This document shows positions 7,694 to 19,140 of a stretch of 39,648 bases of DNA, in pieces; within the stretch, counting starts at the first letter, position 1, and each line of letters begins with the position of its first letter. Source of the stretch: an uncultured Candidatus Saccharibacteria bacterium (lineage in GTDB: Bacteria > Patescibacteriota > Minisyncoccia > Ryanbacterales > 2-02-FULL-48-12); assembly GCA_964349275.1 (NCBI GenBank), contig CAYGFT010000004.1, positions 1 through 39,648 on the forward strand, read 5' to 3'. The notes under the pieces are model-generated. The model did no database searches and had not been told where the DNA came from. It worked only from the letters and a program-made list of their open reading frames with translations. Both the position numbers and the translations under genes were made by a program.

Positions 7694-8665
7694 ATGCAAA
7701 GGGGATTTTGGGGGGCGCTCAAAAAACCAATATGGGCTCTTGCACCGATGGCCGATGTCACGGATGCCGCTTTTCGGCGGATTATTGCCAAATACGGCAA
7801 GCCGGATATTATGTGGACGGAGTTTGTCTCTTGCGATGGCCTCTGTTCTCCGGGTCGCGAGATTTTACTTCGTGATCTTTGGTACACAGAGGGGGAGCAT
7901 CCGATTGTAGCGCAATTTTTTGGCGCAAACCCAGATAATTTTTATGCATGCGCGCGTCTTGCACGTGAGCTCGGATTTGACGGTATTGATATTAATATGG
8001 GATGCCCCGAGCGCAATGTTGTCAAACAAGGCGCAGGAGCCGCACATATCCAAAACCCGGCGCTTGCCAAAGAGATTGTGCAAGCAACGCAATCAGGTGC
8101 GGGAGATTTGCCGGTGTCGGTAAAAACGCGTATTGGATTTAATGCAATTGCTTTGGAAGAATGGTTGGGGCATCTCTTTGAGATGGATCTTGCCGCTATT
8201 ACACTTCATGCGCGTACCAAAAAAGAAATGTCACTGGTACCGGCGCATTGGGATGTGGTGGCGCGTGCCGTGGCAATGGCGCGTGCTCTACCGGAGGATC
8301 AGAGACCATTGATACTTGGTAATGGCGATGTCTCGAATCTTACTGAAGCGGCAGAACGGGTAGCAGAGACTGGGGCTGATGGCGTGATGATTGGTCGCGG
8401 TATTTTTGGTAACCCATGGTTTTTTAGTCCGACGGGAGATGCCGCTACAAAGTCTTTGGAGGAGCGTTTTCGGGTGATGCTCGAGCATACGTATCTTTTT
8501 GAGGAACTGTTTTATGGCAAGAAAAATTTTGATGTGATGAAAAAACACTACAAGGCATATGTAGCAGGATTTGAGGGGGCAAAAGAATTGCGGGTGCGTC
8601 TCATGGAGGCACGTACTGCTGGTGAAGTAGAGACGATTGTGCGTGCGGCTTACCCGAATATATAA
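7694..8665 (+). CDS. dus: tRNA-dihydrouridine synthase (DusB-like)
   Basis: LAPMADVTD, GIDINMGCP, SVKTRIG, HART, GNGDV, GVMIGRG..GNPW; start may be 7661. Confidence 0.93.
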   Translation: MQRGFWGALKKPIWALAPMADVTDAAFRRIIAKYGKPDIMWTEFVSCDGLCSPGREILLRDLWYTEGEHPIVAQFFGANPDNFYACARLARELGFDGIDINMGCPERNVVKQGAGAAHIQNPALAKEIVQATQSGAGDLPVSVKTRIGFNAIALEEWLGHLFEMDLAAITLHARTKKEMSLVPAHWDVVARAVAMARALPEDQRPLILGNGDVSNLTEAAERVAETGADGVMIGRGIFGNPWFFSPTGDAATKSLEERFRVMLEHTYLFEELFYGKKNFDVMKKHYKAYVAGFEGAKELRVRLMEARTAGEVETIVRAAYPNI

Positions 8666-8679
8666 ATAGTATGTATCGC

Positions 8680-11606
<2,927 letters not shown>

Positions 11607-11621
11607 TTAAAAAATGTTTGG

Positions 11622-12632
11622 CTAGTCTATTTGTGCTCCGCTACCACCGCACTGGGATGACAGATATGCAACCGTAGCGGGATAGGGGAGCTTGTCAGCT
11701 CCGTTCATCCGTGGGACGCGCGGGTGTGCGTCTTTGAACTTTCCGCGGCACAAGTTTATCGTGCCCTGGCCCTTTGGGGTACCCATCTCGATGACGCCAC
11801 CGGCATAGATATCTGCGCCTGGAGCATTGATGCAATGCATCCCCGAGGCGCACATGCCGCCAACGTATGCCGCGAACCTACCTTTAGATCGGGCTATGGT
11901 ATTGGCGAGATCAATATGCATACCACCCGAGATCTCAATGACCCGAGCAGATAGGTTACTATTTTGCGCCCAGACGGACCATTTGGTCCCTTCCAAGTGT
12001 ATGCGATTGCTCGCTTTGAGAAAAACCCAGTCCCCCAGGGCGACATCGCCTTCGGTGTGCATGATGATATTCTTAGCAAGAATCATGGGCATAGTGTTGT
12101 AGTTGCTCTTGTAAAACTGCAAGCCGTGCCAAGTACGGAATATGGCGTCGACTCCTGCCGTAACGTTCGTACCCTCAAACCAAATGGAACCCATGGCCCA
12201 GGTAAGTACATACTTCGCCAGAATCTGATTCTTTTTCATCCCGAGCGCGGCGCATCCCATGTGTTCGCACTTGAGTATGACGTTTTGGTTGGCGAGGATG
12301 GTGGCATCGTTTAGGGTAATATTTCCTTTGTGGGTACGGAGGAGGATTGTTGACCCCGGGAGCATGTTTTGTATAGTGGCTTCCGTAACCTCAATGTCTC
12401 CTGCCTCGATGACGAGGTCGGGTACAGTTGCCGTCACCGATTTTCTGATGACAACTTTTGTATTCTTGTTGTTACCACAATGGTAGCCGTTGGCTACCCG
12501 TACAACGTCGGCGTCGGTGTCGACAATAAAGGGATTTTCATTGCACCCGTCATCTTGCGGCGGGGGAGGTGCGGCGTTGGTGGCCAAGGGAAATCCAACT
12601 AGCAAGAGCAAGATCCACATCCAGCGATTCAT
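11622..12632 (-). CDS. Hypothetical secreted protein, possibly a beta-solenoid
   Basis: Signal peptide; recurring I.L...G.I.L...I.A pattern; AAAGGAG SD; terminator near 11566-11590. Confidence 0.7.
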   Translation of the reverse strand: MNRWMWILLLLVGFPLATNAAPPPPQDDGCNENPFIVDTDADVVRVANGYHCGNNKNTKVVIRKSVTATVPDLVIEAGDIEVTEATIQNMLPGSTILLRTHKGNITLNDATILANQNVILKCEHMGCAALGMKKNQILAKYVLTWAMGSIWFEGTNVTAGVDAIFRTWHGLQFYKSNYNTMPMILAKNIIMHTEGDVALGDWVFLKASNRIHLEGTKWSVWAQNSNLSARVIEISGGMHIDLANTIARSKGRFAAYVGGMCASGMHCINAPGADIYAGGVIEMGTPKGQGTINLCRGKFKDAHPRVPRMNGADKLPYPATVAYLSSQCGGSGAQID

Positions 12633-12712
12633 AACGAAACTCCTTTTCTATCATTTCTAGACATACGCATAAAACAGATCCTAAGGTCCCATGAGGCGCC
12701 TCCTTCTTTTGA

Positions 12713-12768
12713 AGTTAAAGAGCAGATGTTATCGGACGAAAAATACCATGAAGTATGCTATAAGTCAA
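12713..12768 (-). promoter_or_regulatory. Promoter followed by a boxA-like element
   Basis: TTGACT-N17-TATTTT with TG extension; TGCTCTTTAACT at 12724-12713. Confidence 0.55.
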
Positions 12769-12846
12769 TGGTTTTTCAAGAGAAAAGAAAAAACGCCTGC
12801 GTGGGGCATAGGCGTTAGTGGTTTTAGGGGGGGGCGATCTTGATAC

Positions 12847-13494
12847 TTACTCCGTTTGGGTAAAATCTATTACCTGGATATAGGAATCGTATTCGTGATG
12901 AGAAAGAGCCAGCGCATTCTTTAGCAGATGCCAGCTTGTCCCTCTACAGGCCAAGGTTAGGGTCCCCAGGCTTGTCGTGGGAGAGAGCATCTGATCAAAC
13001 TTCCAGAATCCGCCGTAAGGGAAGGGATTTACGAGAAGCCACTCATAGGTGCCTTCTTCAAAGAACTCAACTACCCCCTTGAGTGTACAGGTCTCTCCTC
13101 CGGTCATTCGCGCGTCCCTTATCTGGACGCTGAGTTTTCTGCCGGATGGGTCTACTACAAAATAATTTGTCGGGGTTTCCAACACGTAGAACCCATCGAC
13201 CAGAGTTTGCCCTTGCTGGCAATCAGTGACCTGGACGTACGCCGATAAAAATGATGTTCGGTAATCCGCTCTCGGATCAGCCGTGACAAGATTTTTTTGC
13301 ACTGCGTAGAAGAACTCCACATAGTTTCGTTTGCAACTTCGGCCAGAGCCAGACTCTTGGTAAAATCTGGCGAACACCTGTTTCTCCTCAAACTCCTGGG
13401 CTACTTGCCCTTGAAACAACAGCTGTGCCCGTGCAGTGGTGCTAAATACAGCACCGAATAACACAATCGCTACCAGCAGAAATAACTTCTTCAT
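12847..13494 (-). CDS. Hypothetical secreted protein
   Basis: Signal peptide MKKLFLLVAIVLFGAVFSTTARA; AAGGAG SD; alternative start 13545; TTGACA promoter at 13594; terminator near 12786-12816. Confidence 0.7.
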   Translation of the reverse strand: MKKLFLLVAIVLFGAVFSTTARAQLLFQGQVAQEFEEKQVFARFYQESGSGRSCKRNYVEFFYAVQKNLVTADPRADYRTSFLSAYVQVTDCQQGQTLVDGFYVLETPTNYFVVDPSGRKLSVQIRDARMTGGETCTLKGVVEFFEEGTYEWLLVNPFPYGGFWKFDQMLSPTTSLGTLTLACRGTSWHLLKNALALSHHEYDSYIQVIDFTQTE

Positions 13495-13667
13495 CTCGCT
13501 TGTCTCCTTTGTCTCCTTCCTGGAGTGTATACTGTGAATGTCCATAACCCCCCTAAACCGCTATATTTGTAGCATGTTAGTATAGTTGTGTCAAGAGCTA
13601 TGGGTAATATGTACACATACGTCGCTATACCTAGAAAAGTACCCGAAGAGACGTGTATAATAAACCC

Positions 13668-13961
13668 ATGGAGTCGGAGTCTTACAAAATCATTTGGCTT
13701 GTGGTTTTGGTAGCGCTTGCGGTGTTGGGATATGTTTTGATCGGGCCGGGATCCGGGGATACATTTGAGCTTTCTTATGCTTGCCGTCCGACGTTCCGAG
13801 TGGAAAAAAATGCTCCAGAGCTTACGGCGAGTGAGCAATATGCGCAGTCCTGCTATGCAGAGGAGACCAAGCGCGACTGTGAGCGTGTGGATGTGTATTC
13901 TCAATATTTAAAAGCGTTTGGTAGTCCAGATGGCAAAGGAGATTGTCGCTGGGCGAGATGA
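13668..13961 (+). CDS. Small membrane-anchored Cys-containing protein
   Basis: N-terminal TM helix, 4 Cys; TATAAT 6 nt before ATG. Confidence 0.65.
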   Translation: MESESYKIIWLVVLVALAVLGYVLIGPGSGDTFELSYACRPTFRVEKNAPELTASEQYAQSCYAEETKRDCERVDVYSQYLKAFGSPDGKGDCRWAR

Positions 13962-13979
13962 TGAGGTATAGATAAACTT

Positions 13980-15020
13980 ATGGCAAGTAAGAATCTACAA
14001 ATCAATTTTTTTATACTTCTTTTGACGCTGGTATTTTTTCTGGCGTTAGTGGTGTTCCTTCCATATATGCAGGGCGTGCTTACCGCGGCGGCTTTAGCGA
14101 CGGTATTTCATCCCTTGTATCATGGTTTAGCGCGGGCGATGGGAGGGCGAGAGACTTTCTCTGCCGCCTTGTGTGTGTTTGTGGTTTTGGCGCTTGTGCT
14201 CATTCCACTTATATTTTTTGGCATACAGATTACTCAAGAAGCTACCGATCTCTACACCTATCTTGCAACAAGTAGTCAAGATTATCCCGGTGGCTTTAAG
14301 GGTCTTTTGGGGCTGGAAATTAGCAAGTTTTTTCCGGCATTCTCTAGTTCATTTTCGCTCGATACGCAGATTCGACGAGTTATGGAGCTATTATTGGGAA
14401 ATATCGGCACGTTGTTTTCGGGGACACTCAAGATATTTGTAAATTTGTTCGTGGGGCTGATAGCTTTTTATTACTTCTTAAAGGATGGTATTAAGTTTAA
14501 GGAAGCTATAGTGAAGCTGAGTCCTTTGCCGGACGAGTATGATCGCGAGATTTTTGAGCACATGGGCCGTGCGGTCAACTCCATAATCAAAGGAACCTTG
14601 GTCATAGCCTTGATCCAGGGTGTGCTCACGAGCACCGGTTTTGTCCTTTTTGGCGTTCCCAATCCAGCATTGTGGGGCGCGGTAGCGGCCGTGGCGGCGC
14701 TTATCCCGGGTATTGGGACGTCTTTGGTGCTTGCTCCCGCCATATTCTATCTTCTGGTAATAGGAGAGACTGGCCCGGGGCTTGGTCTATTTCTCTGGGG
14801 GATGACTGCCGTGGGTCTTATAGACCAATTTTTGGGTCCGAAGCTTATTGAGCGGGGTACCAATATCCATCCGCTGTTTATCATCCTCTCGGTTTTAGGG
14901 GGTATTAGCTTCTTTGGGCCTATGGGATTTCTCATCGGACCTTTGATTCTGAGCTTCCTCTTCTCACTCCTTAAAATTTACCAATCCTTTATTCTAGGTC
15001 AGTCTACTCCAGTCATTTAA
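13980..15020 (+). CDS. AI-2E family (PerM) transporter
   Basis: Multi-TM; PLY, FYYFLKDG, QG.L...GF, IPGIG, ID..L.P, HP, GGI..FG..G...GP. Confidence 0.92.
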   Translation: MASKNLQINFFILLLTLVFFLALVVFLPYMQGVLTAAALATVFHPLYHGLARAMGGRETFSAALCVFVVLALVLIPLIFFGIQITQEATDLYTYLATSSQDYPGGFKGLLGLEISKFFPAFSSSFSLDTQIRRVMELLLGNIGTLFSGTLKIFVNLFVGLIAFYYFLKDGIKFKEAIVKLSPLPDEYDREIFEHMGRAVNSIIKGTLVIALIQGVLTSTGFVLFGVPNPALWGAVAAVAALIPGIGTSLVLAPAIFYLLVIGETGPGLGLFLWGMTAVGLIDQFLGPKLIERGTNIHPLFIILSVLGGISFFGPMGFLIGPLILSFLFSLLKIYQSFILGQSTPVI

Positions 15021-15224
15021 GCCTCATCCGCTTTAATTTTCTTCTGGTCTGTGGCAAGGCGCTTGTCCACAGGCTTTTTTATGTCTCCTTGACACATTTT
15101 TTGGTGTTTTTGACCATCCCTGATGGTCAACTTTGTCAATCTTGCTTATTTTTGGGCGGTTCGCTAGTATGCAGGGGCAAAATTGATTCTCCAAAAAGGG
15201 TCGAAATGCGGTCGCAAGTACTAC

Positions 15225-15416
15225 TTGACTTTTTACAGGAAAGATGTATAGTGTAAGGCACAGCATAAAAAGCTGTTTTTTACTGGCTAATACTATACGC
15301 ATTAACTGAAAAACCCTTCCGTATTAAGGCCAAATGGTCATTTTATAGGGGGTAATGTCGCTAGCTGGCGAGGAATACTGCAGGAACTCACGGCTTTGAG
15401 AAGAGAAACTAGCGAT
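15225..15416 (+). promoter_or_regulatory. Promoter and structured 5' leader (candidate cis-regulatory RNA)
   Basis: TTGACT-N16-TATAGT; stems 15313-15318/15348-15353 and 15357-15364/15409-15416. Confidence 0.5.
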
Positions 15417-15897
15417 CAAAAGGCTTATTAGTATCTACAGCACAATTGTAATATTTGCCCTTGCTTTTTCAGGCCCTACGACGGCTCCGACCGACCAAGA
15501 GGTACAAAAGCTTGAGGCAAGAGAGGTCCATGAATGGTTGTCGGCTTTGCCTACATTGCCGATAGCAGAAGCTAAGAAAAAAGAGCTTCCTTCCGTGTTA
15601 AAGAAGATCGCTTTTTGCGAATCAAGCGGTAAACATTTCGATGAAAACGGTAATGTGGTCCGTGGCAAACACAATCCCAACGATGTTGGCAAATACCAGA
15701 TCAATACTATGTATTGGGGTGAGGATGCCAAAAAACTTGGTCACGATCTTCTGACCGAAGAGGGTAATGAGGCTATGGCCTTGGTACTCTACGAGAAACA
15801 GGGGACGAGACCTTGGACATGGAGCCGAGCCTGCTGGGATAGAGATGTGATCCCAGGAATGGAAACGGCGAGCTCTCAACAGCTTGCATCTCGATAG
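15415..15897 (+). CDS. Secreted lysozyme-like / SLT / Rpf-like protein; probable non-AUG start
   Basis: IAFCESSG, DVGKYQIN...W, QGTRPW...CW; frame open from 15400 and encodes a signal-like IKRLISIYSTIVIFALAFSG upstream of TTG 15538. Confidence 0.75.
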   Translation: MKRLISIYSTIVIFALAFSGPTTAPTDQEVQKLEAREVHEWLSALPTLPIAEAKKKELPSVLKKIAFCESSGKHFDENGNVVRGKHNPNDVGKYQINTMYWGEDAKKLGHDLLTEEGNEAMALVLYEKQGTRPWTWSRACWDRDVIPGMETASSQQLASR

Positions 15898-15903
15898 ACT
15901 ATA

Positions 15904-15975
15904 GAAAAACCTCCGGTATATGCCGGAGGTTTTGTTTTGGCAAAAAAAAGACGCCCAGAACGGTGGTGGGTGTCT
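15904..15975. terminator. Convergent terminators
   Basis: AAAACCTCCGG-TATATG-CCGGAGGTTTT; AAAAAAAGACGCCCA...TGGGTGTCT. Confidence 0.75.
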
Positions 15976-16165
15976 ATGTAAGGTGGTGGCGGGTTTCCTC
16001 GTGGAAAACGTAGAGGGTGCCGAGTGTACAGAAAAAAAAGAGTGTACAGAAACTTATTGTGGCCAGCGCGAGGCCGAGGTAGGATAGCGCAACCATAAAA
16101 AGCAATATGAGGAGGACGAAGTAGATGGCGATGGAATCGCCGAATGTCCATTCAAAAGCTGGCAT
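15974..16165 (-). CDS. Small two-TM membrane protein
   Basis: AAAGGAGG SD; TTGACA-N17-TACCAT promoter (16226-16198). Confidence 0.65.
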   Translation of the reverse strand: MPAFEWTFGDSIAIYFVLLILLFMVALSYLGLALATISFCTLFFFCTLGTLYVFHEETRHHLT

Positions 16166-16308
16166 AAGAGCCTCCTTTTTAGGGAACGTATATTAAAATG
16201 GTAGGCCGTTTATGGTTCTGTGTCAAGGGTCGCTAGATGCTATTGATACAAGTGAAAAAATATGCTAGCTGTACATAGTGACGTTCCTATTTTTTGAAGG
16301 AGGAAGAG

Positions 16309-16659
16309 ATGCTTGAAGACAAATTTTGTCTCAGCGAGAAGTGTATGTGCCGTCGGGATGGCAAATTTTGCAGCGAATGCAAGGCGGATCTTATTACTGT
16401 CCCGGGGTCGGTCTTGACCGCGGAGCAAAAAAACCAATTATTGACTATTGCGCGTATAGAGCTACGAGACGCAAATGATCTATGCAGAGGAGCAAGACCG
16501 GCATGGCACTCGGCTACTATGGCTTGTACTGCTTGTGCGCGTCGTAACGCAGAGCATTTCCAGTTCCAGGATCTGGTCCTTGAGATCTCTCCTGCCAAAG
16601 GAATAGGTGGGGAAGAAAAAGGTAGAGAGAAGGTTACCCCTCTGCGGAAATCTTCATAG
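16309..16659 (+). CDS. Hypothetical Cys-rich protein
   Basis: AAGGAGG SD; C-x4-CxC, CSEC, CTAC motifs. Confidence 0.6.
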   Translation: MLEDKFCLSEKCMCRRDGKFCSECKADLITVPGSVLTAEQKNQLLTIARIELRDANDLCRGARPAWHSATMACTACARRNAEHFQFQDLVLEISPAKGIGGEEKGREKVTPLRKSS

Positions 16660-16771
16660 GGGGGAGTTCTTTTGTAAGTACTTGCATAAGCGTCTGCTCC
16701 AGCGCTTATTTTTTTTTGCTTTTTATGCCCAGTATGCGTTATACTGCCGATACGATATAACATTTGTATCT

Positions 16772-16849
16772 ATGAACAAAAGTAAAAAAGTCGCACAGCG
16801 CAAGCACCGCAAAAAAGCAGGCAAGAAAGTTTCTTTACGTCATCGCTAG
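16772..16849 (+). CDS. 25-aa highly basic micropeptide
   Basis: MNKSKKVAQRKHRKKAGKKVSLRHR*; TATACT upstream. Confidence 0.5.
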   Translation: MNKSKKVAQRKHRKKAGKKVSLRHR

Positions 16850-16882
16850 CAGGTAATATCCGGATTACTTCGGATACGGGAC

Positions 16883-17740
16883 ATGAGATTTCTCAAGGTC
16901 TTATTGGTATTTGTACTAGTCGGTGTGGTTTTAGTGAGCCTTCAGAGGCATAGTTTTTTTTCGTTTGAAGAAAATATTTCGCGTGTTTCTGATTTTACGG
17001 CTGACATTGTGCACGACCTCAAGAAGGAAGTAGTCGCGCCGCCGCCGCTTCGCCGTCCGCCCACAGAGACTGCCGCCACGCTTACCCGCACGGGTATTAT
17101 TCGCGAGACCAATAAAAAGCGCCGTGTTGCGGGTTTTACGGAGCTACAGGAAAATATAGCACTTGATGCTGTCGCCGCTAAAAAAGTAGATGATATGTTT
17201 TTGCGCCAGTATTTTGAGCATGTCTCCCCATTAGGGAAGGGCGCGGGGGATCTCGCGGAAGACGCGGGATATGCCTATATTATGATCGGAGAAAATTTGG
17301 CACTTGGTGGATTTACTGATGATGCGGATGTAGTGCAGGCCTGGATGGAGAGTCCGGGGCATCGCGCCAATATACTGAACGCGCGTTATCAGGAGATTGG
17401 TGTGGCTGCTAAAAAAGGGATATTTGAGGGGACGGAGGTTTGGCTTGCGGTGCAGACTTTCGGCCTTCCTACAAGTGCCTGTCCGGAGCCGGATGAGGCG
17501 TTGCAGGTGCGGGTGGATATGGGTAAGCAAAAGCTTGTATCGCTTGAGCAGGAGCTTGCGGCAAAACGTGCTGAACTTGAAAAGCTCAAAAGTGCACGCG
17601 ATGAACGCTATAACACTGAAGTTGTGGCCTATAATAAGCTGGTAGGCGAGTACAACGCACTCGTGAGTGAAATGAAACAGTTGGTGGAGGCGTATAATCA
17701 AACGGTACATGCCTCCAATGCTTGCCGTCTGAAGGAATAG
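16883..17740 (+). CDS. CAP (SCP) domain protein with C-terminal coiled coil
   Basis: TN..R...G...L..N..L, YFEH.SP, GENLA, WM.SPGHRANIL, EIGV, VQ.FG. Confidence 0.92.
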   Translation: MRFLKVLLVFVLVGVVLVSLQRHSFFSFEENISRVSDFTADIVHDLKKEVVAPPPLRRPPTETAATLTRTGIIRETNKKRRVAGFTELQENIALDAVAAKKVDDMFLRQYFEHVSPLGKGAGDLAEDAGYAYIMIGENLALGGFTDDADVVQAWMESPGHRANILNARYQEIGVAAKKGIFEGTEVWLAVQTFGLPTSACPEPDEALQVRVDMGKQKLVSLEQELAAKRAELEKLKSARDERYNTEVVAYNKLVGEYNALVSEMKQLVEAYNQTVHASNACRLKE

Positions 17741-17766
17741 GCAAAAAATAAAAAACACGACAGAGT

Positions 17767-18096
17767 CTATTTATGAGACCTGCGTCTCATTTTTTTTGTC
17801 GTGCTGATTCTATGGTGTGCTCTGCAATGCGGGCAGTAGGAAAGGTCTTGCTCTCGTTGCTCTTGGTGTTGCCCGTCGCAATTAGTTTCAAGCATGGCTT
17901 GGAGCGTCATGCCCCATACTTCAGAGAATGCATCGAGATCAAAAAGAAGGTTTTGCTCCCCGCATGAAGAGCAGTGTGCCATATCAGAAGTTATGAACAA
18001 GTCGCAGTTGCGGCAGATGTTGGCAGGGTTGGTGATTTTTTGAATAAGCCGATCCAGCCCCGTATTAGATGGGTGTTCGCTAACCGCATGGTGCAT
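17767..18096 (-). CDS. Hypothetical zinc-ribbon protein
   Basis: CRNC, CSSCG, CPHC; AAGGGGG before ATG. Confidence 0.6.
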   Translation of the reverse strand: MHHAVSEHPSNTGLDRLIQKITNPANICRNCDLFITSDMAHCSSCGEQNLLFDLDAFSEVWGMTLQAMLETNCDGQHQEQREQDLSYCPHCRAHHRISTTKKMRRRSHK

Positions 18097-18180
18097 ATAT
18101 TTCCCCCTTGTACAAATAGCCTAGCAAAACGGTACCATGGTTTTTGGTGGTTGCCAAGGGAGGTATAACTTTTTACTTTC

Positions 18181-18321
18181 GGAGTGCGTTCGTATAGTCG
18201 AGTAGTACATTGTTATTGGTAGGCCTCCCGAGTATGCGGGCCGACTCGGGTCCTTATACTGGGGAGGCTTATCATATAAAGCGTCGCGTGTGGTCGAGGC
18301 GTCGAAGACGGGCCCCCCTCC
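18181..18321 (+). ncRNA. Candidate 6S RNA-like rod-shaped ncRNA
   Basis: Closing stems GGAG/CTCC and GTTCGT/ACGGGC; central bubble; 13-bp apical stem 18217-18229/18262-18274. Confidence 0.55.
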
Positions 18322-18343
18322 ATTATCAACTCAAAATCCTCAC

Positions 18344-18508
18344 ATGAAGATTTTTCGAGTCATAGGGCTTGGGCTTGCGATCGTCATGATGCACGCGCTT
18401 ATCCCAAAATTATTTTCGGGATTTGAGACGACGCTTTTGGGGTTGTTCGATTTTATGCAGACCGCATTCGTGGTCGGCGGCTCATTTCTTGAGCAGAATC
18501 GTTTTTAA
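18344..18508 (+). CDS. Small membrane protein
   Basis: MKIFRVIGLGLAIVMMHALIPKLF..., hydrophobic, 54 aa. Confidence 0.65.
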   Translation: MKIFRVIGLGLAIVMMHALIPKLFSGFETTLLGLFDFMQTAFVVGGSFLEQNRF

Positions 18509-18572
18509 CCCCTTTCTCCTAGCCCACATCGGTCGATATTCGGCCGATGTATTTTTTGGTATACTGGTACAC

Positions 18573-18899
18573 ATGCATCTTGCGGATAAAAAATGTGTTC
18601 CCTGTGAGGGTGGTACGTCACCGCTCGAATCCAAGGTAATCGCCGAGCTTGCCCGCGAGCTTGGGGGGTCATGGCAAGTTGTAGATGGGAAAAAGATTCA
18701 AAAGCAATTTGAGTTCAGTGATTTCATATCCGCTATGGCATTTGTCGACAAGGTTGCGGATGTTGCAGAGTCCGAGGGGCATCATCCGGATATCCATATT
18801 TTTTATACCAAGGTGCTCATCGAGCTTTCTACGCATGCTATCGGTGGGCTCTCGGAAAATGATTTTATCGTGGCGGCGCGTATTGATCGTATGCGTTGA
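18573..18899 (+). CDS. phhB: Pterin-4a-carbinolamine dehydratase
   Basis: KKCVPCEGG, F.DF..AM.FV..VA..AE.EGHHPDI, THAIGGLSENDFI.AA.ID. Confidence 0.93.
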   Translation: MHLADKKCVPCEGGTSPLESKVIAELARELGGSWQVVDGKKIQKQFEFSDFISAMAFVDKVADVAESEGHHPDIHIFYTKVLIELSTHAIGGLSENDFIVAARIDRMR

Positions 18900-18960
18900 T
18901 ATTGCAGTTTTCATTATTCTCGTGTATAAACGATATTAAATTTACTTTGGGGAGGTATGC

Positions 18961-19140
18961 ATGGCGAGAGCTCTTTACCGCGTGGTGTCTCCGGAGACTA
19001 ATGGACAGCCGTTTCTCTTTGTGCCCGAGGGTGCCAGTGAGGCCTTTCCCGATTCGGGGTATGCGGGAGGGCGTAAGCGCAAAGAGCGCCGGAGAAATTG
19101 TCCGCTACATTCGCGACACTACCCGCAGAGCCGCCACTAG
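18961..19140 (+). CDS. Small hypothetical protein, 59 aa (possibly frameshifted)
   Basis: TTGCAG-N17-TATAAA promoter, GGAGG SD, terminator GCCCTTCGGGGC plus T run at 19171-19189. Confidence 0.45.
   Translation: MARALYRVVSPETNGQPFLFVPEGASEAFPDSGYAGGRKRKERRRNCPLHSRHYPQSRH

Noticed and set aside
15063..15071. TTGTCCACA DnaA-box-like site, possible oriC
   Set aside because: Single imperfect box within a terminator-like hairpin; no box cluster or dnaA/dnaN nearby.
15300..15416. Known riboswitch class such as c-di-AMP (ydaO) upstream of the hydrolase
   Set aside because: I could not find the conserved ydaO sequence blocks; kept as an unassigned structured leader.
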